Origin: Candidatus Aenigmatarchaeota archaeon
Lineage (GTDB): Archaea > Aenigmatarchaeota > Aenigmatarchaeia > Aenigmatarchaeales > JACQIB01
Assembly (NCBI GenBank): GCA_046760225.1
Contig: JBHIDR010000015.1
Span: 1 to 19,505 of the forward strand
Length of the DNA: 19,505 bases
Direction of reading: 5' to 3'
Part shown: positions 7,722 through 16,226 of the stretch, in pieces
How positions within the stretch are numbered: position 1 is the first letter of the stretch
How the letters are laid out: each line of letters starts with the position of its first letter
Notes under the pieces: generated by a model
Told to the model about the DNA's origin: nothing
The model's database searches: none
Seen by the model: the letters and a program-made list of their open reading frames with translations, nothing else
Program-made: the position numbers and the translations under genes

Positions 7722-8250
7722 TTTCCTTTTCACCTTCCTCTGCCTTTTCCTCTTCAGTGAGTTTTTCAAAGAGCTTCTTTGCTTCTTCAGGGCTCTCAAG
7801 GCCGAAGTACTCTGCAAATTCCTTTGTTGCTATGAGCTTTTTTGTCCTCCCGAACTTCTCTGTCTTTATCAGGCCCTTTGCAACCAGCTGCTTGACATAC
7901 TCGTATGTTCTGTTGCCTATTACCTTTACAATCTCTGACTGGGTAATGGGCTGCTTGTAGGCCACGAGCGCGAGCACGCGCAGCAGGCCCCTGCTGAGAT
8001 CTTGGTAAGGTGTTAGTGGACGTACAGTAGGCGCATAATCAGGCTTGACCCTTATCTGGAAGCCTTCTGCTGTCTCAATGAGCCTTATGCCATGCTCTTC
8101 AGAATCAAGCTCTTTCTTGTATTGATTTATGAGTTCAGCAGCCCTTTCCTCATCAATCCTCAGTATTTTTGAAATCTGTTTGAGTGTAAGGGGCTTGTTG
8201 CTCATGAAAAGCGTTGCTTCAAGCATTGCCCTCTTGTTCCTTCTCTTCAT
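7693..8250 (-). CDS. scpB: Segregation and condensation protein B (SMC kite subunit)
   Basis: LEATLFMSNKPL, GFQIR, LSRGLLRVLALVAYKQPITQSEI, GRT, TKEFAEYFGL; adjacent to scpA. Confidence 0.95.
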   Translation of the reverse strand: MKRRNKRAMLEATLFMSNKPLTLKQISKILRIDEERAAELINQYKKELDSEEHGIRLIETAEGFQIRVKPDYAPTVRPLTPYQDLSRGLLRVLALVAYKQPITQSEIVKVIGNRTYEYVKQLVAKGLIKTEKFGRTKKLIATKEFAEYFGLESPEEAKKLFEKLTEEEKAEEGEKENETVQTDNG

Positions 8251-8944
8251 TTTCCTCCTCCTTCCTGAGTTTCACGTATATCTCTTTGAATAGTTCTGGC
8301 TGCTCATATATAATTTTTCCTTCCTGGGAAAGATGGAGCATTGGTACAAGGGTCTTCACTATGTCTTCCCTTTCCCATCTGCTAAGCAGCTTTGAGAATT
8401 CAACACTGCCTTCTATGTCCTTCATTATGTCCTCTATATGGCTGAGGAGCCTGTCAATCCTCTCAGAGATGTCCTCTTCTGCTGGAGGCACTGCTTCCCT
8501 CACCCTTCTTCTTACCCTTGCTTTCCTCTCAATCCTCCTTTCCTTGACTTCAAATGCCTTTTTCAGTGCTGTCAGCAGTTCTTCAACTGATACAGTGGCA
8601 AGCGGCATTCTCTTAATAGGAGGCTCCAGGGGAGGCACTTTTGCCAGGGCCTGTAGAATAGGGCTGAGTGGTTTTTCAGACTCAGGGAGAAAGAGCTTCC
8701 TTTTCTTTTCAATCAGTATGTCTGACTTCATCCTGAGCAGGATGGCTGCTATGAGTATGAACCTTGCCGGAACCCTGAGGTCTGTGCGCTCCATCCTCGC
8801 CAGGTAATCGGTAAACGCATCAGCCAACCTTATCAGGTCTATTTTCCAGGGATCCATGCCTTCCTCTGCCACTATCTTTACAATCACGTCTTCCCAGCTT
8901 GGCTCATTTACCATCAGTTGTATGAGCTGTTTGTCTGTAAGCAT
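8219..8944 (-). CDS. scpA: Segregation and condensation protein A (kleisin)
   Basis: MDPWKIDL, FILIAAILLRMKS, VSVEELLTAL, and a C-terminal winged helix (LVPMLHL..EGKI..EQPELFKEI). Confidence 0.95.
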   Translation of the reverse strand: MLTDKQLIQLMVNEPSWEDVIVKIVAEEGMDPWKIDLIRLADAFTDYLARMERTDLRVPARFILIAAILLRMKSDILIEKKRKLFLPESEKPLSPILQALAKVPPLEPPIKRMPLATVSVEELLTALKKAFEVKERRIERKARVRRRVREAVPPAEEDISERIDRLLSHIEDIMKDIEGSVEFSKLLSRWEREDIVKTLVPMLHLSQEGKIIYEQPELFKEIYVKLRKEEENEEKEQEGNA

Positions 8945-8994
8945 ATTAACCCCTAGATATGATATTGTTGTAGAGTTTAAAAATAGGCCTTAAA

Positions 8995-9774
8995 TTACCT
9001 ATTGTATTCTATTAGGGCAATGGCTGAGAACCCTGTTGTATGGATGAGGTTATTCCCTCTACATTCTCCTCCATGGCACCAGCTACCATCTTCACTCTGG
9101 TTATTTGCTATCTCATGGATCCATTCACTCCTGACCTTCTCGGGATATCCTGTCATCAACAATACGGCTGTTCTCTCGGCAAATATGTCACTGAAAGACT
9201 CGCCTTCCTGGTCAGAAACAATGCGGTCACTCAGTACATCCATTGCATCCTCAAGAACTGCCCCATCAAAACATCCTCTTTCCTTAGCAAAATAAAGCCC
9301 TAGGAGGGCATGGGCAGTATCATATCCGCCATCATCTATGTTCTTTATATCATCTACATGTTTTGTTTCAAGAGGATAGTCATTACAATAAATCCCTCTC
9401 AGTACTGCGTTTCCGCTGGCCGTGCCAAGATATCCGCTGTTCTCGAAATCCTCCGCTCCATAAGAAGGGTCAAGCAGCTTCTTGTAAATTGAATCTGGCC
9501 CATTATACGTTTCGAATATGGCATCCATCTTTTGCCTGAGCTCCTGGCTGCCTGCTCTTTCTCCCACTTCACTCATCAAAAATATCGAAGCCATGTCCAT
9601 GCTCTCATACTCTGCTTCATACTGCAATAGAAAATCTAATGCCTTTTCCACATGGTCCTCAATGGTTTCTGGAGGAGCTATTATAAAGGCTGTAATCGGT
9701 GCTATTATAAAGACTGCGATGATTGCCGCCATTACAAGCACTATCATGGAAGAGAATTTCTTTGTATTTTTCAA
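8995..9774 (-). CDS. Membrane-anchored/secreted acidic helical protein with a QW-like (alpha/alpha toroid) motif, function unknown
   Basis: TTG start after GGTGAG; N-terminal TM segment; GYDTAHALLGL, DIFAERTAVL, NNQSEDGSW and HTTGFSAIAL resemble prenyltransferase/terpene cyclase-like helical repeats. Confidence 0.55.
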   Translation of the reverse strand: MKNTKKFSSMIVLVMAAIIAVFIIAPITAFIIAPPETIEDHVEKALDFLLQYEAEYESMDMASIFLMSEVGERAGSQELRQKMDAIFETYNGPDSIYKKLLDPSYGAEDFENSGYLGTASGNAVLRGIYCNDYPLETKHVDDIKNIDDGGYDTAHALLGLYFAKERGCFDGAVLEDAMDVLSDRIVSDQEGESFSDIFAERTAVLLMTGYPEKVRSEWIHEIANNQSEDGSWCHGGECRGNNLIHTTGFSAIALIEYNR

Positions 9775-9909
9775 TGACTCACCTATTAACTTTTTTACAA
9801 ACTAACCTTAAATATATATTGCTGTAGAGCTTAAAGGTAAGCATTCAATTCTTCCTGGCGATAGAAAACAATATATTCAGGGAGGATTCTAATTATATAG
9901 GGGTTTAGA

Positions 9910-11292
9910 ATGGCCAGGAAGAAGGTTAAGAAGAGAGCTGTTGCAAAGAAGGGCGCCAAGGATGACAAGAGGAAGAAAGTAATAATCATGGGTGCTGCGG
10001 GCAGGGATTTCCATAACTTCAACATGTTCTTCAGGAGTAACAAGAAGTACAATGTTGTGGCTTTTACAGCTGCACAGATACATGGAATCGCAGGAAAGAG
10101 GTACCCGCCTGAACTGAGCGGAAGGCTTTACCCGCAAGGAATACCAATATATTCAGAAGAGAGGCTGGTTGACCTGATAAGGAAGGAGAAGGTGGACAAG
10201 GTTGTGCTTGCATATTCTGATTTGAAATATGATGAGGTAGGACACAAGCTTTCTGCAGCATTAGCAGCAGGCGCTGACTTCATGCTCCTGGGCCCGAAGA
10301 GTACAATGCTGAAGAGCAAGAAGCCTGTGATAGCTGTGTGTGCTGTGAGAACAGGCTCGGGCAAAAGCCCTGTGGTAAGGAACATTGTTGACATAGTAAA
10401 GAGCGTGAATGTGAACACAAGAGCTGTTGTTGTCAGGCACCCGATGCCGTACGGAAGGCTGGCGAAGCAGGCTGTCCAGAGGTTCGTGAGGATAGAGGAC
10501 CTGGACAGGCATGGCTGCACAATAGAAGAAAGGGAGGAATATGAGCCCCATATAGAAAGGGGGACAATTGTTTATGCTGGAATTGATTATGAGAAGATAC
10601 TCAAGCATGCTGAGAAGGAGGCTGACATAATAATATGGGATGGAGGAAACAATGACCTGCCGTTCTTTTATCCTGACCTGCACATAACAGTTGCTGATGC
10701 AAGAAGGGCAGGGGACGAGGTTGGCTCCTATCCAGGTGAGGCCAATCTCAGGATGGCTGATGTTGTTGTAATAAGCAAGGTGGCAACTGCGAACCCAAAG
10801 GACGTGGAGAAAGTAATAGAGAACACCCAGCTGCTGAACCCTAAGGCTGCAATAATAAAGGCAGCGCTTGTTGTCAAGACCAGCAAGCCTGAGATGCTCA
10901 GGGGAAAGAGGGTGATTGTTGTTGAGGACGGGCCCACGCTCACGCACGGTGGCCTGTCAACAGGTGCAGGCACAATTGCTGCGAATTCGTTCGGAGCATA
11001 CACAGTGAATCCCAGGCAGTTCGCTGTTGGCTCAATAAAGGATGTGTACAATGAATTTCCGCACCTTGGTGCTGTGCTTCCTGCAATGGGATATTCTGCA
11101 AAGCAGATATCAGAGCTGGAGCAGACAATAAACAACACACCAGCTGATGTTGTTGTGATAGGCACGCCAGTGAACCTTGAGAAGTTCCTGAAGCTCAACA
11201 AGCCAGCTGTGAGGGTGACATACAAGATACAGAGCCTGTCAAAACCAAACCTCCATGATGTTGTGGCTGGTTTTCTTAGGGGAAGGAAATAA
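9910..11292 (+). CDS. COG2403 P-loop NTPase (cyclic 2,3-diphosphoglycerate synthetase-like; probable arginine synthetase ArcE-type)
   Basis: MGAAGRDFHNFN, LAYSDL, AVRTGSGKS (P-loop), RHPMPYG, TIEEREEYEPH, WDGGNND, YPGEANLR, VEDGPTLTHGG, LPAMGYS. Confidence 0.85.
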   Translation: MARKKVKKRAVAKKGAKDDKRKKVIIMGAAGRDFHNFNMFFRSNKKYNVVAFTAAQIHGIAGKRYPPELSGRLYPQGIPIYSEERLVDLIRKEKVDKVVLAYSDLKYDEVGHKLSAALAAGADFMLLGPKSTMLKSKKPVIAVCAVRTGSGKSPVVRNIVDIVKSVNVNTRAVVVRHPMPYGRLAKQAVQRFVRIEDLDRHGCTIEEREEYEPHIERGTIVYAGIDYEKILKHAEKEADIIIWDGGNNDLPFFYPDLHITVADARRAGDEVGSYPGEANLRMADVVVISKVATANPKDVEKVIENTQLLNPKAAIIKAALVVKTSKPEMLRGKRVIVVEDGPTLTHGGLSTGAGTIAANSFGAYTVNPRQFAVGSIKDVYNEFPHLGAVLPAMGYSAKQISELEQTINNTPADVVVIGTPVNLEKFLKLNKPAVRVTYKIQSLSKPNLHDVVAGFLRGRK

Positions 11293-11304
11293 AGGCGTAG
11301 CAAA

Positions 11305-11790
11305 ATGCACAAGATAACAACTCTTACAAACCCCAGGCAGGTTGTGCTCATAACTTCCAGATGGAAGGGCAAGGACAATGTAATGACCGCGGACTGGCAT
11401 ATGCCTCTATCTTTTGGTCCGATGATGTATGCTGTGGCAATAGGCAAAACAAGATACAGCCTTGAATTAATAAGGAAATCTGGCTGCTTTGTTGTCAATT
11501 TCATACCAAAGGAAATGGAGAAGCAGGCTGTTTACTGCGGCTATCATACAGGCAAGGACAAGGACAAGTTCAAGGCATCCGGGCTTGGGAAGGAAGAATC
11601 TGAGTCAATAGACTGCCCGAGAATAAAGGGAGCGCTGGCCTGCCTTGAATGCAAGGTTGAGGAGGAAAAGGAAGTTGGGGACCACATCTTATTCATAGTC
11701 TCAGTAAGTGCAACAAAATTCGTTAAGAGGGGCCTAAGGCTTTTCCATCTCTGGGGCAAGAACTTCACAACAACGGAGCGGTTTAAATAA
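11305..11790 (+). CDS. Flavin reductase-like FMN-binding protein (flavoredoxin/DIM6-NTAB family)
   Basis: PRQVVLITS, NVMTADW, FVVNF, CGYHTG...DKF, CPRI...LECKV, GDHILF. Confidence 0.9.
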   Translation: MHKITTLTNPRQVVLITSRWKGKDNVMTADWHMPLSFGPMMYAVAIGKTRYSLELIRKSGCFVVNFIPKEMEKQAVYCGYHTGKDKDKFKASGLGKEESESIDCPRIKGALACLECKVEEEKEVGDHILFIVSVSATKFVKRGLRLFHLWGKNFTTTERFK

Positions 11791-11791
11791 A

Positions 11792-14700
11792 CTACGGCAT
11801 CCTGATGCCAACGAGCTTTGATTCTCCTGCTTCCATTGACACGCCGTACACGCAGTCAGCAGCCTGGATTGTGGTGTCGTTGTGGGTGATTACCACGAAC
11901 TGGGCCATCTCTGAGTGCTTTCTGAGGAAGTCTGTTATCTTTAATGTATTCACCTTGTCAAGTGCTGCGTCTATCTCGTCCAGCACATAGAAGGGAGCTG
12001 GCCTGAATTTCTGGATTGCAAAAAGGAAAGCAAGTGCTGTTAGTGTTTTTTCACCGCCTGACATTGCATCAATGTTCAGTACCTTCCTTCCTGGCGGGCT
12101 TGCCTCGATTATGAGGCCTGAGTCTTCTAAGACTTCACCTTCTAATCTGAGGCTTCCTTCGCCCCCGACAAGGTCATGGAAAATCAGCTTGAACTGCTCG
12201 GAAACAGCGTTCATTGTCTCAAGGAATGTTTCCTTTCTCCTTCCCTCTATCTCAGCAATGACCTGGAGCACCTTGTCCCTTTCACTTGTGAGCTTGTCCA
12301 CCTTGTCCTTGAGATCATCATAGACCTTTTTCAGCTGCTTGTGCTCCTCAACTGCCTTCTGGTTAATCGGCCCAAGTGAGTTTATCTTTGTGAGAGCGTC
12401 CCTTATCTTTGCCTGGAGCGTGCTGACAGCAAGGTCGTAAAGCTCTTCTTCCTTGAACTTCCTTGTCTCGCCGAACTCCTGTTTGAGGTTCTCGAGCTGT
12501 GCCTCCAGCCTTGCACGGTTTATCTTCAGCCTGTTCAGCTCCTCGTGTGCAGTAAGCTTTTTCTCATTCAATGACCTCCTCCTTTCCCTGAGGTCGCGCA
12601 GCTGCTGCTCTGTCTTCTGCTTCTTCTCTTCTGCTTTCCTTATCTCTTCTGAGCCTGCCTTTTCCTTGCTTAACATCCTTTCTAGTTCCTTCTTCAGCTT
12701 GTCTGTTTCCTCAGCCAGTACCCGGTTGTCCTCCTCTATTGCCTTTATGTTCTGCTCATACCTCCTTATCTCGCCTGTCTGCGTGAACACTGGTTTCTCC
12801 TTCCTGAAGAAGCCCCCTATCACAGCGCCTCCCCTTTCAACTAGGTCACCATCAAGAGTGACCATCCTGAGTTTTCCGAACCCTATCCTCTTTGCAGTGT
12901 CAATGTTGTTGACAACAAGCGTGTCTCCGAAAACATGGGAGAATGCGTGCCAGTACTTCTTGTCAAAATCTACCAGGTTTATTGCAAAATCAACTGCGCC
13001 CTTCTCCTTCAGGTATTTCTTCAGCCTGCTGTTGTCCCTTTCCCTTATCCTGTCAAGGGGGAGGAATGTGGCCCTGCCAATCTTGTTCTTCTTCAGGTGC
13101 TTGATGCATTCAACTGCTGTTGAGGAATCAGAAACAACCAGGTCCTGCATGTGGTGCCCTGCTGCAACAGCAATCGCGGTGCTGTACTTTGACGGCACCT
13201 TTGACAGTGAGCCCACTGTCCCAAAGACATCAGGATGTTTCAGCTTTAATACCTCCTGCACTGCCCTGCTCATTGCCAGCTGCCTTTGCTTTTCCTCGAC
13301 TGCGCGCAGCTTCTGTATCATGTCCCTGTACCTTTCAATGGACATGCGGTTGCCCTCTATCTTGTTCTCCCTGTTGTATATCTGGGCACGCAGCTGCTCA
13401 ACCTTCTTTATTATTTCAACGTCCTTTGTCCTGTCAAAGAGCCTCTGCCTTATCCTCTCTATGCTCTTCTCGTCCTTGTCCAGCTGAGACTCTATTTTTT
13501 CCACCTGAGTGCTGAACTTGCCGAAGTCCTCATCCTTCTTCCTTATCTTGTTGTCCAGCTTCTGCATCGCTTTCTCAGCTTCGTTCAGCTTCCTGGTTGC
13601 AAGCGATGCCCTCAGCTTGTCAAGGTCATTCGCATACTTGCTGTATTCCTCAGCAGCTATCCTTTCAACTTCCAGCTTTTTCAGCTGGGTCTCCTTTTCA
13701 TTCAGGATTATTGATGATTCCTTGAGCCTTTCCTCCACTGTGAGCAGTTCTCTCTGGGCCTTGTGCCTCTTTTCCTCGAACTCAGATATGCCAGAAATCT
13801 CATCTATTATCTCCCTCCTCTCTATCGGGCCCATCTCTATCACTTCTGTGACATCTCCCTGGAGAATTATGTTGTGGCCATCAGGCCTTATATTACCGGC
13901 ACGCAATACTTCCAGTATCTTTTCCCTTGTCACAGTCTTTCCGTTCAGCTTGTATATTGAGACCCCTCTTCTGTTCACTTTCCTTGACACTGATATTACA
14001 TCCTCTTCAATCGGAAATACCCTGTCCTTGTTGCTGAAATATATCTTTACCTTTGCGAATTCAGCAGGCTTCTTGCCCTTGCCTCCGTTGAATATCATAC
14101 CTAGCATCTTCTTTGCCCTCAGGCTCTTTGCAGATGTCCTTCCGAGCACAAAGCATATTGCATCGAGGATGTTGCTATTGTGTACGAAAATACCATTGCC
14201 TATAAAATTATGGCAATTTGGTATTGTTAGGTCGTATACCCATTTCTCACCTTTAACTTTCTCTATCTTTTCTATCTTATCCCAGAAAATATCAGAATTC
14301 GCCAAAAGTTGTAAAGTCTTCATTATCTTCTTGGACTCTGAGAGCTTTTCTTCTATTTGAGATTTTACAAACTTGAACAGTTTTTCAAGATTTTCTGGCT
14401 TAGGACCATATTTGCCGTGTGCCCAATTAGAGTTGATGGTATCAGGATGTAGACCAATTGCAATACTAGCATCAGACCTTTTGATTTTTAGCTTGCGCAT
14501 AAATTTTAGTAAAAGTTTTTTGTCCTTCTTAAGGTTCTTCTTTAAACTTTTAATATCCTCGATATGCGCTCTAAATATCGAAAATGCTTCCTCAATACCT
14601 TCTCGCGTAGGACAGCATCGATTTTCATTATAAGCAGCAAACCTTGGGTACTTCTTTCTTAAAGATTTGTATTCGATACCCAATAGATGTCTACATTCCT

Positions 14701-15907
14701 TTATCAAGATATTTACATCTTGTGGCAGAACATCTAAATTAGGATTAGTGATGATATTTTTATTTGCCCACATTCTCAATCGTTTCTTTTTATGTTCACA
14801 TCTCAAGGGAATAGCTTCATAGAAGGCTTTTAATTTCTCTTTACCTTCGATGACAATATGATAATATTTTCTTCTGGTTTTGTTCTTCGTATTTGTTGCA
14901 TATTTCATTTTTGCCTTTTTTCTTGCAACTATGCCAAATCTTAAGAGAGACAACTGTACCTGGTCTGCCAATTTTGGGCTATTTGTTACGTATTCAAGGG
15001 TAGGGTTGTCCTTCCTTATGGATGCATCACAATCAAACAACGCAGCCAGGAAGTTTGCCAAGATATATTTTTGTGAAAATAATATCTCTTTCGGTATGTG
15101 TTTATTCTTGCCTTTGTACCTTTGATTGAAAAGCGTTGCTAATGACTTCACCAACATCCTTGAATTAAGGCACACCAACGTTGCCTTTCCTCTATAGTCA
15201 TAATTGTGCAATATTGGCTTATAACCCAAATTTTTGGATATGAAAACAAAATCCCTAATCAATTCCTTATCGGCGTTGACAAAGTCGCATCTTCTGCAGT
15301 TTCCTTGAACCTTGATATGTCCGTCACTTACCATATAACCTAGGAATCTTGCAAACTCCGGACTTAGAGTCCAAGGTATACCTGATATTTCCAGTCTGAA
15401 TTTTCTTTCAGGCAAGTCTAGTTTGTTGGGTGTTGCAATAAGTTCCCCTTTCTTAAGGGCATTGACAACTTCTGATCGAACCTCCCCGTTTTTATAAATC
15501 ATAACCGGGTGACAACCAGTCGTTGTGACACGCTTTCCGGTCCTCGTTTTTATCTCATATAAGTAGGGCTCGCCTTTCCTTTTGATGAAGGCAGATATAT
15601 TCTTTTCGACTACTTTCATAGAATTCGGATCGAGCCCCCATGTCTTAAGGCCTTCTGGATTCTCGAGCGTATATACACCGTCATCCATTTTTAACTTATT
15701 TTTGCATTGATTAAGAGTAGTATCTACTATTTCGCCCAATGGCCTGATTGTGCCATCACTTAATATCACTTCAGTATCCCATTTTGCACTCTTCCCGCTG
15801 CCGTTCGGGCCACATACGATTGAGAAGTCGCTCGGGAAGAGTATCGCTGTCTTCTTTGCAAAGGACTTGAACCCCTGCATCTCGAGCTTCTCTATCCTTG
15901 TTTTCAT
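11792..15907 (-). CDS. smc: Chromosome segregation protein Smc (intein-containing precursor, 1371 aa; 833 aa after splicing)
   Basis: GFKSF; Walker A GPNGSGK/SNILDAI interrupted by an intein; Q-loop ILQG; hinge GRATFLPL and GX6GX3GG (GDLVERGGAVIGG); LGPIN; signature MSGGEK; Walker B/D-loop YVLDEIDAALD; H-loop VITH. Confidence 0.97.
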   Translation of the reverse strand: MKTRIEKLEMQGFKSFAKKTAILFPSDFSIVCGPNGSGKSAKWDTEVILSDGTIRPLGEIVDTTLNQCKNKLKMDDGVYTLENPEGLKTWGLDPNSMKVVEKNISAFIKRKGEPYLYEIKTRTGKRVTTTGCHPVMIYKNGEVRSEVVNALKKGELIATPNKLDLPERKFRLEISGIPWTLSPEFARFLGYMVSDGHIKVQGNCRRCDFVNADKELIRDFVFISKNLGYKPILHNYDYRGKATLVCLNSRMLVKSLATLFNQRYKGKNKHIPKEILFSQKYILANFLAALFDCDASIRKDNPTLEYVTNSPKLADQVQLSLLRFGIVARKKAKMKYATNTKNKTRRKYYHIVIEGKEKLKAFYEAIPLRCEHKKKRLRMWANKNIITNPNLDVLPQDVNILIKECRHLLGIEYKSLRKKYPRFAAYNENRCCPTREGIEEAFSIFRAHIEDIKSLKKNLKKDKKLLLKFMRKLKIKRSDASIAIGLHPDTINSNWAHGKYGPKPENLEKLFKFVKSQIEEKLSESKKIMKTLQLLANSDIFWDKIEKIEKVKGEKWVYDLTIPNCHNFIGNGIFVHNSNILDAICFVLGRTSAKSLRAKKMLGMIFNGGKGKKPAEFAKVKIYFSNKDRVFPIEEDVISVSRKVNRRGVSIYKLNGKTVTREKILEVLRAGNIRPDGHNIILQGDVTEVIEMGPIERREIIDEISGISEFEEKRHKAQRELLTVEERLKESSIILNEKETQLKKLEVERIAAEEYSKYANDLDKLRASLATRKLNEAEKAMQKLDNKIRKKDEDFGKFSTQVEKIESQLDKDEKSIERIRQRLFDRTKDVEIIKKVEQLRAQIYNRENKIEGNRMSIERYRDMIQKLRAVEEKQRQLAMSRAVQEVLKLKHPDVFGTVGSLSKVPSKYSTAIAVAAGHHMQDLVVSDSSTAVECIKHLKKNKIGRATFLPLDRIRERDNSRLKKYLKEKGAVDFAINLVDFDKKYWHAFSHVFGDTLVVNNIDTAKRIGFGKLRMVTLDGDLVERGGAVIGGFFRKEKPVFTQTGEIRRYEQNIKAIEEDNRVLAEETDKLKKELERMLSKEKAGSEEIRKAEEKKQKTEQQLRDLRERRRSLNEKKLTAHEELNRLKINRARLEAQLENLKQEFGETRKFKEEELYDLAVSTLQAKIRDALTKINSLGPINQKAVEEHKQLKKVYDDLKDKVDKLTSERDKVLQVIAEIEGRRKETFLETMNAVSEQFKLIFHDLVGGEGSLRLEGEVLEDSGLIIEASPPGRKVLNIDAMSGGEKTLTALAFLFAIQKFRPAPFYVLDEIDAALDKVNTLKITDFLRKHSEMAQFVVITHNDTTIQAADCVYGVSMEAGESKLVGIRMP
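14177..15790 (-). mobile_element. Intein (538 aa, precursor residues 40-577) with LAGLIDADG homing endonuclease domain
   Basis: Block A SAKWDTEVILSDG; block B VTTTGCHPV (TxxH); LAGLIDADG-like FLGYMVSDG and FLAALFDCDAS; blocks F/G WVYDLTIPNCHNFIGNGIFVHN with +1 Ser. Excision restores GPNGSGKSNILDAI. Confidence 0.95.
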
Positions 15908-16194
15908 CTCTTTCTCCTCCCTTTCTTTGCATTTTCTATTTTATTAAACATGTCAGTGAGTGCAGCACATATGTTGTTTTTGCTGTTCAGCTTGCACAGC
16001 TTCATGTTCCCCCTCTTATAAACATCTATTACCTTTTCCTTTTCAAGGATCGAGACTGTTTTGGATACCATTGACTTGTCCATGTGCAGTTCCCTGGCTA
16101 GCTCAGCTATGCTGAAGTCCCTGTCAGGGTTTTTGCACAGGTGCTTGAGCATCACTATCCTTGTCTTTGAGCCTATCAGTTTCTCTACTTTCAT
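15904..16194 (-). CDS. Small winged helix-turn-helix DNA-binding protein
   Basis: LIGSKTRIVML...FSIAELARELHMDKSMVSKTVSILEKEKVI...GNMKLCKLN; ATGA overlap with the smc start. Confidence 0.85.
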   Translation of the reverse strand: MKVEKLIGSKTRIVMLKHLCKNPDRDFSIAELARELHMDKSMVSKTVSILEKEKVIDVYKRGNMKLCKLNSKNNICAALTDMFNKIENAKKGRRKR

Positions 16195-16209
16195 TTTTCA
16201 TCATCTTTT

Positions 16210-16226
16210 GTTGAAGATAGTTCAAC
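16210..16226. promoter_or_regulatory. Palindrome upstream of the wHTH-smc unit (candidate operator)
   Basis: GTTGAA-GATAG-TTCAAC, 15 nt upstream of the wHTH start codon and downstream of TATA-like sequences (minus-strand TTTAAATAAA at about 16252-16261). Confidence 0.4.

Noticed and set aside
7722..7817. N-terminal extensions in the ORF track for the C39 gene (also 5465-5506 and 17634-17672)
   Set aside because: Downstream ATGs at 7721, 5507 and 17633 have better RBS or promoter context and match the domain starts.
9811..9820. AATATATATT palindrome in the 9775-9909 intergenic region
   Set aside because: It is low-complexity AT sequence, adequately explained as a TATA element of the divergent promoters.
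12453..14360. Long plus-strand ORFs (344 and 283 aa), and similar ones at 8214-8807 and 10261-11504
   Set aside because: They are antisense shadows of well-supported genes. Their Ser/Phe/Leu-rich composition mirrors Lys/Glu-rich coding on the other strand.
15785..15790. Ala1 (class 2/3) intein starting at AKWDT
   Set aside because: That boundary would leave GSGKSSNILD. Starting at Ser40 restores the canonical GSGKSNILD, so Ser1 is preferred.
7693..15907. SMC-based defence system (Wadjet/MksBEFG, Lamassu) or Rad50/SbcC
   Set aside because: The Smc has a canonical globular hinge with no zinc hook, ScpA and ScpB are canonical, and no JetD/Toprim or Mre11 gene is nearby. It reads as housekeeping condensin.
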